Virus record (IMG/VR): IMGVR_UViG_2648501787_000016
Direction: 5' to 3' (one strand)
DNA: 9,444 bases
Source of the DNA: a virus
Taxonomy: Duplodnaviria; Heunggongvirae; Uroviricota; Caudoviricetes
Positions 1 through 6,433 of the stretch are shown piece after piece (the stretch's first letter is position 1; each line of letters begins with the position of its first letter). The position numbers and the translations under genes are program-made. Under the pieces are notes generated by a model. It saw only the letters and a program-made list of their open reading frames with translations, did not search any database and was not told the DNA's origin.

Positions 1-1053
1 TTACGGGGTAATGCCAACCGCTGCCGCCACTTTGTCGCCACTTGGCAGCGTTGCCAGAGGATTGAAACGGAGCGCCGTTTCTAGATGATCCGGTGCCAGA
101 TGTGCGTAACGCATAGTCATTTTTATATCGTGGTGTCCGAGAATTTTTTGTAAGGCCAGAATGTTTCCACCCGACATCATGAAGTGCGCCGCAAACGTAT
201 GGCGCAGAACGTGTGTGAGTTGACCGCGAGGGAGCACGATAGACGTTTTTTCCATCACGGATAAAAATTGAAAATAGCAGTCTGTGAAGAAATTGAACCC
301 ATCAAGCGCCATGATCTCTTCGTAAAGCTCTTTACTGATAGGGATGCTTCTGTTTTTCTTCCCCTTCGTTCTGACAAAGGTAATTCGGTATTTGGTCACC
401 TGTGAGCGGGTAAGATTTACGGCTTCACGCCAGCGTGCGCCTGTGCTTAAGCATATCTTAACTACCAGTGCCAGAATTGGGTCCTGACGTTTGCAATCAG
501 CCAGCAATTCAACAATCTGCTCATGGGTAAGCCATGCCATCTCTTTTTCTGCGATGGTGAATTTTCGCATGTTCTCCAGTGGGTTCGGATACGACCATTC
601 GCCCAGACGGGATAGTTCGCTAAAAACACTACTTAGATAGCTTTGCTCCAGGTTAATGGTGACCGGGCTTGCTCCTTTCTTCCATTTCTCGCTGAAGTAG
701 ATCTCGCCTGTCAGGCGTTTATCTCGATAGTGGGCAAACATTTTAGAGGTGAGATCGGTTGCAAGAGGATTGCCCAGAGCGTCAACCATCAACAGCAATT
801 TGTCATAGACATGCTGCCCAGCTGTCAGAGATTTACCATGTAGTTTGAACCATAGCTCAACCACGTCTTTCAGTGTTCGACGATCCACTGATTCACCCAG
901 CCAGGGCTTTGCTTCGGTTTCTTCCATCGTGTGGCGCTCAAAAGCCAGTGCTTCGCCTTTGGTGGCGAATTGTTTACGCACACGACGCCCACTTCGTCCG
1001 GCGGGGTAACATTCGCAAAGCCATTTCCCTGTGGTTAGTTTTCGTACTGCCAT
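1..1053 (-). CDS. int: P2/186-type tyrosine integrase (site-specific recombinase)
   Basis: 350-codon ORF whose stop codon is at window positions 1-3. Translation carries tyrosine-recombinase signatures (LSTGARWREAVNL; C-terminal HVLRHTFAAHF...GHHDIKMTMRYAHL with the catalytic Tyr). It lies downstream of the repressor gene in the same orientation, as in P2/186 phages. Confidence 0.9.
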   Translation of the reverse strand: MAVRKLTTGKWLCECYPAGRSGRRVRKQFATKGEALAFERHTMEETEAKPWLGESVDRRTLKDVVELWFKLHGKSLTAGQHVYDKLLLMVDALGNPLATDLTSKMFAHYRDKRLTGEIYFSEKWKKGASPVTINLEQSYLSSVFSELSRLGEWSYPNPLENMRKFTIAEKEMAWLTHEQIVELLADCKRQDPILALVVKICLSTGARWREAVNLTRSQVTKYRITFVRTKGKKNRSIPISKELYEEIMALDGFNFFTDCYFQFLSVMEKTSIVLPRGQLTHVLRHTFAAHFMMSGGNILALQKILGHHDIKMTMRYAHLAPDHLETALRFNPLATLPSGDKVAAAVGITP

Positions 1054-1057
1054 AAAA

Positions 1058-1077
1058 AGCCCTCATATCAGAGGGCT
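1058..1077 (-). terminator. Stem-loop (7-bp stem AGCCCTC/GAGGGCT, 6-nt loop) followed on the minus strand by five U and then the int start codon; putative attenuator/terminator that also sequesters the int Shine-Dalgarno
   Basis: Perfect complementarity of 1058-1064 with 1071-1077 read directly. On the minus-strand RNA the 3' arm GAGGGCU is followed by UUUU and AUG at 1053-1051. Function is inferred. Confidence 0.4.
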
Positions 1078-1099
1078 AAATTTAACTGTATATGTAACC

Positions 1100-1120
1100 A
1101 GTAATCAATGTGTGATTACT
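1100..1120. repeat. Perfect 8-bp inverted repeat AGTAATCA / TGATTACT with 5-bp spacer, immediately 3' of the cargo gene
   Basis: Read directly: 1100-1107 agtaatca, 1113-1120 tgattact. It sits about 15 bp downstream of the cargo stop codon on the minus strand. AT-rich stem with no U-tract, so more likely a protein-binding site or weak RNA structure than an intrinsic terminator. Confidence 0.45.
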
Positions 1121-1135
1121 ATGAAACATACATTG

Positions 1136-2812
1136 CTAAGCAACATGTAGTTCATCGTTGGCGGAAGTGGCTGCTTTGCGCTCCTGCTCAATAGCTAGAG
1201 ACTCTCTATATTCTTTCGCCTCTGCAAACATTGTCCAGTGGGCGTTGATGTTCATGTCTTCAATAACTGATTTGATTTCTTTTAAATTTACGTTAAAAAA
1301 CTCTTTTCGTGAGTTAATTTTATTGACCTGCTTTTCGTTGAAAACTTTATGCAGATGGTTTTCTAATGATGGTGCATCATCACTATAAATCATCGCATGA
1401 ACATCGAACGAAAAAGGAACACTAGCATCTCCGAGTTCACGAACACGATCAAGTGGTTCAAGGCGGCGTGTCATTCCAATTTTATATACATCTTCGCCAA
1501 ATGAACCAATATTACTAATGATATAGACGTGGCCTGATCTGGTTTGTTGAGCCATAGAAATAGCTCGTTGATTTTTAGCTTCAGCTTCTTCATATTTTAA
1601 CTGTAGTTCAGCTATTTTTTGCTCTAAAGCTAAGCGTTGTTCTTCATTTGCAAGCATAAGTTCTTTCGTTGCTTTATTTATAGCTTGCTGAATAGCTTTT
1701 TCTTCTTTTTCAGCTTCTTTTATCGCTTTTTCATATTCTCTACGAGCTCTTTCCTCTTCACGAAGCTGTTCTTTAATCCTTCTTTGCTCTTCTTTTTCTT
1801 CGAGCATAATTTCATTAACTGCTACACCCCATTTTAGCTCGTTGAGTCTTGCCTGAAGATAGATGTCACTTATTTTTGCGGACCTAAAGGCAGAGCCATT
1901 GTAATTTACTAGTTGAAATGCATCTTTTATTTCTTGGGAAAGTTTTCCAAAATTGTTGTGTTTGACTTTTGATAAAATACTGTCAACTCTTCCATTGAAG
2001 GCATCCAAAACAAAGTTTATGGCAGTATTACGCCTGTTTTGCTCAACATAATCACACGAAGCAGCTTTATTAGTTTTTATTAATGATTTGGTTAACTCTC
2101 TGGCTTTTTGTAATTCCTTGCCTGCATCTGTAAATTCATAATTTTCTGCCAGCTCATCAAGTACACTACGGTTAGGGATGATCCATTCATCACCATAACC
2201 TTCAATTTTATTTTTCATTGATTTTGCAACTGCTTCATATTTTTCTGCAAACTCTTTAGCTTCATATGCTGAACCAGCAATCTCCTTTGCTCTTTCTTCT
2301 GCATCAGAAATAATTTTTACTGCATTGTCATTAGCATTTGAGATTAGCTCATTTGCTTTATTATTAGCATTATCAAGACGTTCTTTGGCTTTCAGGCGTG
2401 CATCGCGAGCGTCTTTGGTGATTGCTATAGCTTCGCTATTAGCGTTGCTTATTGTCATCTGAGCTTGATAATTTGCTTCGTTTACTGTTTTAGCCGCCTT
2501 AATTTGGGCTTCATCTATTTTTTGCTTGGCTATTGAGTCCGCATTTTTTATCTTATTCTCTGCATCCATTACTGCGCTGTGCAATTCTTCGTATTGCCAC
2601 AATGGTGCTGCTCGCCCTTCAAGCTCTGATAATTCTCGTACGGTCTGTGCTAGTTTTTCTTGATTTTCAATCAGTTGGTTAGAAAGGGCTATGTTGTTAG
2701 CTGTCAGGTTATCTATAGCCGCTTTGTGTTTTTTACTTTGTTTAAATAATATTACAGCTAGAACAGGGGCGAGAAATGCTAATAAGAGTATAACGATGGC
2801 AAATGAATTCAT
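1136..2812 (-). CDS. Membrane-anchored coiled-coil protein with C-terminal GIY-YIG-like (T5orf172/MUG113-type) putative nuclease domain; candidate prophage-encoded defence/exclusion protein
   Basis: 558-aa ORF with RBS AAGGA 7 nt upstream of the ATG at 2812. N-terminal hydrophobic helix (FAIVILLLAFLAPVLAVILF, residues 4-23). Ala/Lys/Glu/Asn-rich helical region with 11-residue periodicity (residues ~137-180). Central globular region (~200-330), second coiled coil (EEKEEQRRIKEQLREEERARREYEKAIKEAEKEEK). C-terminal domain with GIY-YIG-like motifs (GHVYIISNIGSFGEDVYKIGMTRR ... conserved acidic residues), residues ~427-530. Domain assignment is from motif recognition, not a search. Confidence 0.85.
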   Translation of the reverse strand: MNSFAIVILLLAFLAPVLAVILFKQSKKHKAAIDNLTANNIALSNQLIENQEKLAQTVRELSELEGRAAPLWQYEELHSAVMDAENKIKNADSIAKQKIDEAQIKAAKTVNEANYQAQMTISNANSEAIAITKDARDARLKAKERLDNANNKANELISNANDNAVKIISDAEERAKEIAGSAYEAKEFAEKYEAVAKSMKNKIEGYGDEWIIPNRSVLDELAENYEFTDAGKELQKARELTKSLIKTNKAASCDYVEQNRRNTAINFVLDAFNGRVDSILSKVKHNNFGKLSQEIKDAFQLVNYNGSAFRSAKISDIYLQARLNELKWGVAVNEIMLEEKEEQRRIKEQLREEERARREYEKAIKEAEKEEKAIQQAINKATKELMLANEEQRLALEQKIAELQLKYEEAEAKNQRAISMAQQTRSGHVYIISNIGSFGEDVYKIGMTRRLEPLDRVRELGDASVPFSFDVHAMIYSDDAPSLENHLHKVFNEKQVNKINSRKEFFNVNLKEIKSVIEDMNINAHWTMFAEAKEYRESLAIEQERKAATSANDELHVA

Positions 2813-2832
2813 TTTAAAATCCTTTTACTATA

Positions 2833-3429
2833 TTAATTCGAGACTATTGTACTTCTTATACAAGCAACCACTTCAATATCAGAAAATGCACATTCAAAGC
2901 TATTCTCTGCCGTTGTAATTTTAATCATTCCTTTAGGAAGCCTTGTGATTTTTCGAATGGAATAGGTTCCGTCGATATTGATTAACCAGTTTCCATCAAG
3001 TACTTCAGAAAATTTTTGATCACAAATGTATGTGACGAGTCCATCCTGAACAACAATTGGTGATGAAAGGTTTGCAGGAAGAAATGATGAATCGAAGACA
3101 TATGAACCGTCTTCAATCATTTTGCCTGCGGCAAGGCGAAACTTAACAAGCTCTTCTGTAGCTGCTGTCAGCGAGCTTTGCTTAAGGCCTTGTCCGGTAG
3201 TTAACCATTTGAGGGAGGTTCCTGTTTCAAGAGCACATTGGATTATCCAGTCAGCAGGAAATGTATCCCGCAAATACCTGTTCGCTAGTGTGCTTTTTGA
3301 TACTTCCAAGTGATCAGCTAAAGCCTGTCGTGTCGTAAAGCCATAGGCTTCGACTAATCGCTCAATCGCAGCCTTACCACCTTTATTGGGATTTATTTTG
3401 ATCTCACTTGGGTACTTTGATGTTGACAT
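2833..3429 (-). CDS. cI: Phage CI-type immunity repressor (186-CI-like: N-terminal HTH domain, C-terminal oligomerisation domain)
   Basis: 198-aa ORF. N-terminal region (AIERLVEAYGFTTRQALADHLEVSKSTLANRYLRDTFPADWIIQCALETGTSLKWLTTGQG) resembles the phage CI repressor HTH family. No obvious Ser-Lys autoprotease motif, consistent with antirepressor-dependent induction. Positioned opposite the apl/cII genes across the switch region. Confidence 0.8.
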   Translation of the reverse strand: MSTSKYPSEIKINPNKGGKAAIERLVEAYGFTTRQALADHLEVSKSTLANRYLRDTFPADWIIQCALETGTSLKWLTTGQGLKQSSLTAATEELVKFRLAAGKMIEDGSYVFDSSFLPANLSSPIVVQDGLVTYICDQKFSEVLDGNWLINIDGTYSIRKITRLPKGMIKITTAENSFECAFSDIEVVACIRSTIVSN

Positions 3430-3451
3430 ATCTCTTTTGCGATCCTAGTAT
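3423..3451 (+). promoter_or_regulatory. Candidate lytic promoter pR: -35 TTGACA (3423-3428), 17-bp spacer, -10 TAGTAT (3446-3451)
   Basis: Consensus -35 hexamer and a 4/6 -10 hexamer with ideal spacing, read directly. The -35 overlaps the cI start codon (3427-3429 on the minus strand). Predicted start site around 3458 falls at the edge of the 16-bp palindrome. Confidence 0.5.
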
Positions 3452-3458
3452 CAGTTTT

Positions 3459-3474
3459 GTACCCAATTGGGTAC
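3459..3474. promoter_or_regulatory. Perfect 16-bp palindrome GTACCCAATTGGGTAC; candidate operator for CI and/or Apl
   Basis: Read directly. The half-site-containing 10-mer TTGGGTACTT recurs at 3408-3417 and 3467-3476, flanking the putative pR. Lies in the 95-bp gap between cI and the apl-like gene. Confidence 0.55.
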
Positions 3475-3524
3475 TTGTCACGATTACTACAGGCTCACCA
3501 CAAGCCAATAGGAGATGTTGCATC

Positions 3525-3746
3525 ATGACCCCTAACATTTCAATAACTCTGAATACGCCACACGTCACAATCGAGCGTTATAGCGAACTTACTGGTCTTT
3601 CAATCGACACAATCAACGATATGTTGGCGGATGGTCGCATTCCTCGGCATCGTCTTCGTAAAGACAAGAAAAGAGAAAAGGTAATGATCAACCTTGCTGC
3701 TCTTACCGTTGATGCACTTACTGATTGCAATGTTGTATTCAACTAG
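3525..3746 (+). CDS. Apl/Cox-like small HTH DNA-binding protein (excisionase / lysis-lysogeny regulator)
   Basis: 73-aa ORF from ATG 3525 with AGGAG 10 nt upstream. HTH-like segment [26 protein letters not shown]. First gene transcribed away from cI, as apl in 186 and cox in P2. The longer TTG-initiated version from 3408 in the ORF track was not used because it would overlap the cI start and the promoter. Confidence 0.6.
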   Translation: MTPNISITLNTPHVTIERYSELTGLSIDTINDMLADGRIPRHRLRKDKKREKVMINLAALTVDALTDCNVVFN

Positions 3747-3778
3747 TTCCATTTTGGGATACATCAGAGGTGTCGACC

Positions 3779-4288
3779 ATGTTTGATTACCAAGTTTCCA
3801 AACATCCACATTTTGATGAAGCCTGTCGTGCATTCGCACTGCGCCACAATCTGGTGCAACTGGCAGAACGTGCGGGCATGAATGTGCAGATTCTGCGGAA
3901 CAAGCTGAACCCAGCTCAACCTCATTTATTAACCGCACCAGAAATCTGGCTGCTTACCGATCTGACTGAAGATTCAACGTTGGTAGATGGTTTTCTGGCA
4001 CAGATTCATTGTCTGCCATGTGTACCGATTAATGAGGTAGCAAAAGAGAAACTGCCGCATTACGTCATGAGCGCAACTGCAGAGATCGGGCGTGTTGCAG
4101 CAGGTGCGGTATCTGGTGATGTAAAAACTAGTGCCGGTCGTCGTGATGCTATCAGCAGCATTAACTCTGTAACACGACTGATGGCGCTGGCTGCTGTTTC
4201 ATTGCAAGCCCGTTTACAGGCTAATCCTGCGATGGCGAGTGCAGTTGATACCATGACTGGCCTTGGTGCTTCATTCGGTTTGCTGTGA
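3779..4288 (+). CDS. cII: CII-like phage regulatory protein (186 CII family, lysogeny establishment)
   Basis: 169-aa ORF from internal ATG 3779 with AGAGG RBS upstream; the ORF track's 3725 start is an upstream extension. Length and position after the apl-like gene match 186 CII. Sequence character ([45 protein letters not shown]...) fits the CII (CP76) family from memory. Confidence 0.65.
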   Translation: MFDYQVSKHPHFDEACRAFALRHNLVQLAERAGMNVQILRNKLNPAQPHLLTAPEIWLLTDLTEDSTLVDGFLAQIHCLPCVPINEVAKEKLPHYVMSATAEIGRVAAGAVSGDVKTSAGRRDAISSINSVTRLMALAAVSLQARLQANPAMASAVDTMTGLGASFGLL

Positions 4289-4295
4289 GGTGTTT

Positions 4296-4592
4296 ATGCT
4301 GACGAAAGAACCATCATTTGCATCGCTGCTGGTAAAACAAAGCCCGGCAATGCACTACGGTCACGGCTGGATCACGGGTGAGGATGGAAAACGCTGGCAT
4401 CCATGTCATTCACAAGATGAATTGCTGTCTGAATTGACCACGAGGAAACGGAGAAAGTCCAAATGTATGCGGCAGAAAGTGAAGTGGTTTATCAGTTTCG
4501 TTACAGAGGGGAGAGTTATTCAGTACCTGAAGATGATTTGCTCTGTTGCTATCCGTCATTGTCGGGCGATGGCAGTTACTTTTTCACGTTAA
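4296..4592 (+). CDS. Hypothetical small early protein (position of 186 fil/dhr-type genes)
   Basis: ATG 4296 with GAGG RBS 5 nt upstream, overlapping the cII stop. The open frame runs to 4592, but the 3' third overlaps the next ORF in another frame and looks less protein-like, so the true end is uncertain. Confidence 0.4.
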   Translation: MLTKEPSFASLLVKQSPAMHYGHGWITGEDGKRWHPCHSQDELLSELTTRKRRKSKCMRQKVKWFISFVTEGRVIQYLKMICSVAIRHCRAMAVTFSR

Positions 4593-4687
4593 AGGATGGG
4601 ACGTTTTTACGGGGAGAGCAGGTTAAAGAGACGATACGAAAAAATGTATCTCCTCTTGAGCGTTACCGTAAGAACAAAGAACGATAG
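4463..4687 (+). CDS. Hypothetical small early protein
   Basis: 74-aa ORF with GGAG 9 nt upstream. Protein-like composition (MYAAESEVVYQFRYRGESYSVPEDDLLCCYPSLSGDGSYFFTLKDGTFLRGEQ...). Overlaps the preceding ORF by about 130 bp in a different frame. Confidence 0.45.
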   Translation: MYAAESEVVYQFRYRGESYSVPEDDLLCCYPSLSGDGSYFFTLKDGTFLRGEQVKETIRKNVSPLERYRKNKER

Positions 4688-4709
4688 CTGCGTTTGGGGG
4701 ATATGAAGT

Positions 4710-5051
4710 ATGGCAATTAATGGCGCTGCAGCAACTGTTCCATTAAGCCCCGGTGAACGCCTGAATGGACTTAATCACATTGCGGAGTTAAGGGCGAAAG
4801 TTTTTGGCCTGAATATTGAGTCAGAGCTTGAGCGGTTTATTAAAGATATGCGTGATCCACGGGATATCAATAATGAACAAAATAAACGGGCACTGGCTGC
4901 CATATTCTTTATGGCAAAAATTCCAGCTGAACGTCATAGCATCAGCATTAATGAGCTGACCACTGACGAAAAGCGGGAGCTGATTAAAGCAATGAATCAT
5001 TTTCGTGCAGTGGTGAGCTTATTTCCCAGACGGCTAACCATGCCGAATTAA
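4710..5051 (+). CDS. Hypothetical early protein
   Basis: 113-aa ORF, G-rich RBS upstream, same orientation and tight spacing within the early operon. No motif recognised. Confidence 0.55.
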   Translation: MAINGAAATVPLSPGERLNGLNHIAELRAKVFGLNIESELERFIKDMRDPRDINNEQNKRALAAIFFMAKIPAERHSISINELTTDEKRELIKAMNHFRAVVSLFPRRLTMPN

Positions 5052-5118
5052 CCAACTAATGAAATTAATGGCGTAAACCCGCTGGGCATCCCTTTATCTA
5101 AATTCAGGAGAATTGATT

Positions 5119-5352
5119 ATGCGTAATATTGAAACCCTCACGACTAAAACCGGACCGGATGACGCAGGGCTTAATATTTTACTGACAGAGGCTCGTCTGG
5201 AAGAACGCCGGGCAAGGGCTGAAGCAATGGCTGCTCGCCTTGATAGCCTGGCGTGTCATATCTCATCCCGCCAGCTAAACCACGTGGAAGCGGCAGAACT
5301 GCTGCGCGTGACTGCTGAAGCAATCCAGAACGAAGCGCAGGAGATCCACTAA
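5119..5352 (+). CDS. Hypothetical small helical protein
   Basis: ATG at 5119 with AGGAG 8 nt upstream; the ORF track's 5113 start is a TTG. Its stop TAA overlaps the next ATG by one base (TAATG), suggesting translational coupling. Confidence 0.55.
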   Translation: MRNIETLTTKTGPDDAGLNILLTEARLEERRARAEAMAARLDSLACHISSRQLNHVEAAELLRVTAEAIQNEAQEIH

Positions 5353-5579
5353 TGGCTGATGCAATGGATCTCGTACAGCAGCGCGTTGAAGAAGAACGCC
5401 AGCGCCATATCCGTGCAGCCCGTGCCAAATCACCGGGCGTGTCACGCGTACTTTGCATTGAATGTGAAGCGCCAATTCCGCCAGCACGACGCCGCGCCAT
5501 TCCGGGAGTGCAGCTTTGCATTACCTGTCAGGAAATCGCAGAACTGAAAGGCAAACATTACAACGGAGGTGCTGTATGA
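5352..5579 (+). CDS. TraR/DksA-family C4 zinc-finger protein (phage-type)
   Basis: 75-aa ORF with CxxC-(17)-CxxC (CIECEAPIPPARRRAIPGVQLCITC), characteristic of DksA/TraR zinc fingers common in P2/186 early operons. AGGAG 8 nt upstream. Confidence 0.7.
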   Translation: MADAMDLVQQRVEEERQRHIRAARAKSPGVSRVLCIECEAPIPPARRRAIPGVQLCITCQEIAELKGKHYNGGAV

Positions 5580-6433
5580 GCACCATCCTGAAATGGGCGG
5601 GAAATAAAACCGCCATTATGCCAGAACTGAAAAAATACCTTCCTGCTGGCCCGCGACTGGTTGAACCTTTCGCGGGTTCCTGTGCTGTGATGATGGAAAC
5701 GGATTATCCCAGCTATCTGGTTGCGGATATTAATCCTGATTTAATCAACCTCTATAAAAAGGTTGCCGCTGATTGTGAATCGTTTATATCTCGCGCCAGA
5801 GTTTTATTTGAGATCGCAAACAGGGAGGTGGCTTATTACAACATAAGGCAGGAGTTTAACTGCTCAACTGAAATTACTGATTTCATGAAAGCGGTATATT
5901 TCCTGTATCTCAATCGTCACGGTTACCGTGGTTTATGTCGCTATAACAAGAGCGGGCATTTCAACATTCCCTACGGTAATTATAAAAATCCGTATTTCCC
6001 TGAAAAAGAACTTCGCACATTTGCAGAAAAAGCCCAGCGAGCAACGTTTATCTGCGCCAGCTTTGATGAAACGCTGGCGATGTTGAAGGCGGGAGATGTG
6101 GTGTATTGCGATCCGCCATATGACGGTGTGTTTTCCGGCTATCACACTGATGGTTTCACTGAAGATGACCAGTATCACCTGGCATCCGTTCTTGAACATC
6201 GGTCATCAGAAGGACATCCGGTCATTGTTTCTAACAGTGACACATCCCTGATCCGTTCGCTGTATCGCAATTTTACTCACCACTATATCAAGGTAAAACG
6301 CAGCATCGGTGTGGCAGCTGGCGAGGGTAAATCAGCAACAGAAATCATTGCTGTTTCCGGGCCGCGCTGCTGGATGGGATTTGATTATTCGCGTGGCGTG
6401 GATAGTTCTGCCGTGTACGAAGTACGTGCATGA
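5576..6433 (+). CDS. dam: DNA adenine methyltransferase (Dam family, N6-adenine)
   Basis: 285-aa ORF from ATG 5576 (GGAGG upstream; overlaps the TraR-like stop as ATGA). Close similarity by eye to E. coli Dam: LKWAGNK, VEPFAGS (motif I), [15 protein letters not shown], and catalytic DPPY ([10 protein letters not shown]). Confidence 0.85.
   Translation: MSTILKWAGNKTAIMPELKKYLPAGPRLVEPFAGSCAVMMETDYPSYLVADINPDLINLYKKVAADCESFISRARVLFEIANREVAYYNIRQEFNCSTEITDFMKAVYFLYLNRHGYRGLCRYNKSGHFNIPYGNYKNPYFPEKELRTFAEKAQRATFICASFDETLAMLKAGDVVYCDPPYDGVFSGYHTDGFTEDDQYHLASVLEHRSSEGHPVIVSNSDTSLIRSLYRNFTHHYIKVKRSIGVAAGEGKSATEIIAVSGPRCWMGFDYSRGVDSSAVYEVRA

Noticed and set aside
643-1055. Plus-strand ORFs 643..843 and 873..1055
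   Set aside because: Antisense to the well-supported integrase gene, with no RBS and no motif.
1158-1837. Plus-strand ORFs 1158..1388 and 1637..1837 (the latter Phe-rich, low complexity)
   Set aside because: They are antisense to the 558-aa cargo gene; the Phe-rich translation is the reverse-complement artefact of its Lys/Glu-rich coiled coil.
2691-3313. Plus-strand ORFs 2691..2918 and 3122..3313
   Set aside because: Antisense to the cargo and cI genes; the first spans the cI-cargo junction and neither has an RBS.
3408-3746. Longer 112-aa version of the apl-like ORF starting at TTG 3408
   Set aside because: It would overlap the cI start codon and the whole promoter/operator region. The internal ATG at 3525 has a proper AGGAG RBS.
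3600-4254. Minus-strand ORFs 3600..3938 and 4060..4254
   Set aside because: Antisense to the apl-like and cII-like genes and in conflict with the operon orientation.
5171-5547. ORFs 5171..5521 (minus), 5275..5487 (minus) and 5359..5547 (plus)
   Set aside because: They overlap the TraR-like zinc-finger gene and its neighbour, which have clear motifs and RBSs. Their Arg/Ser-rich composition is typical of off-frame reading.
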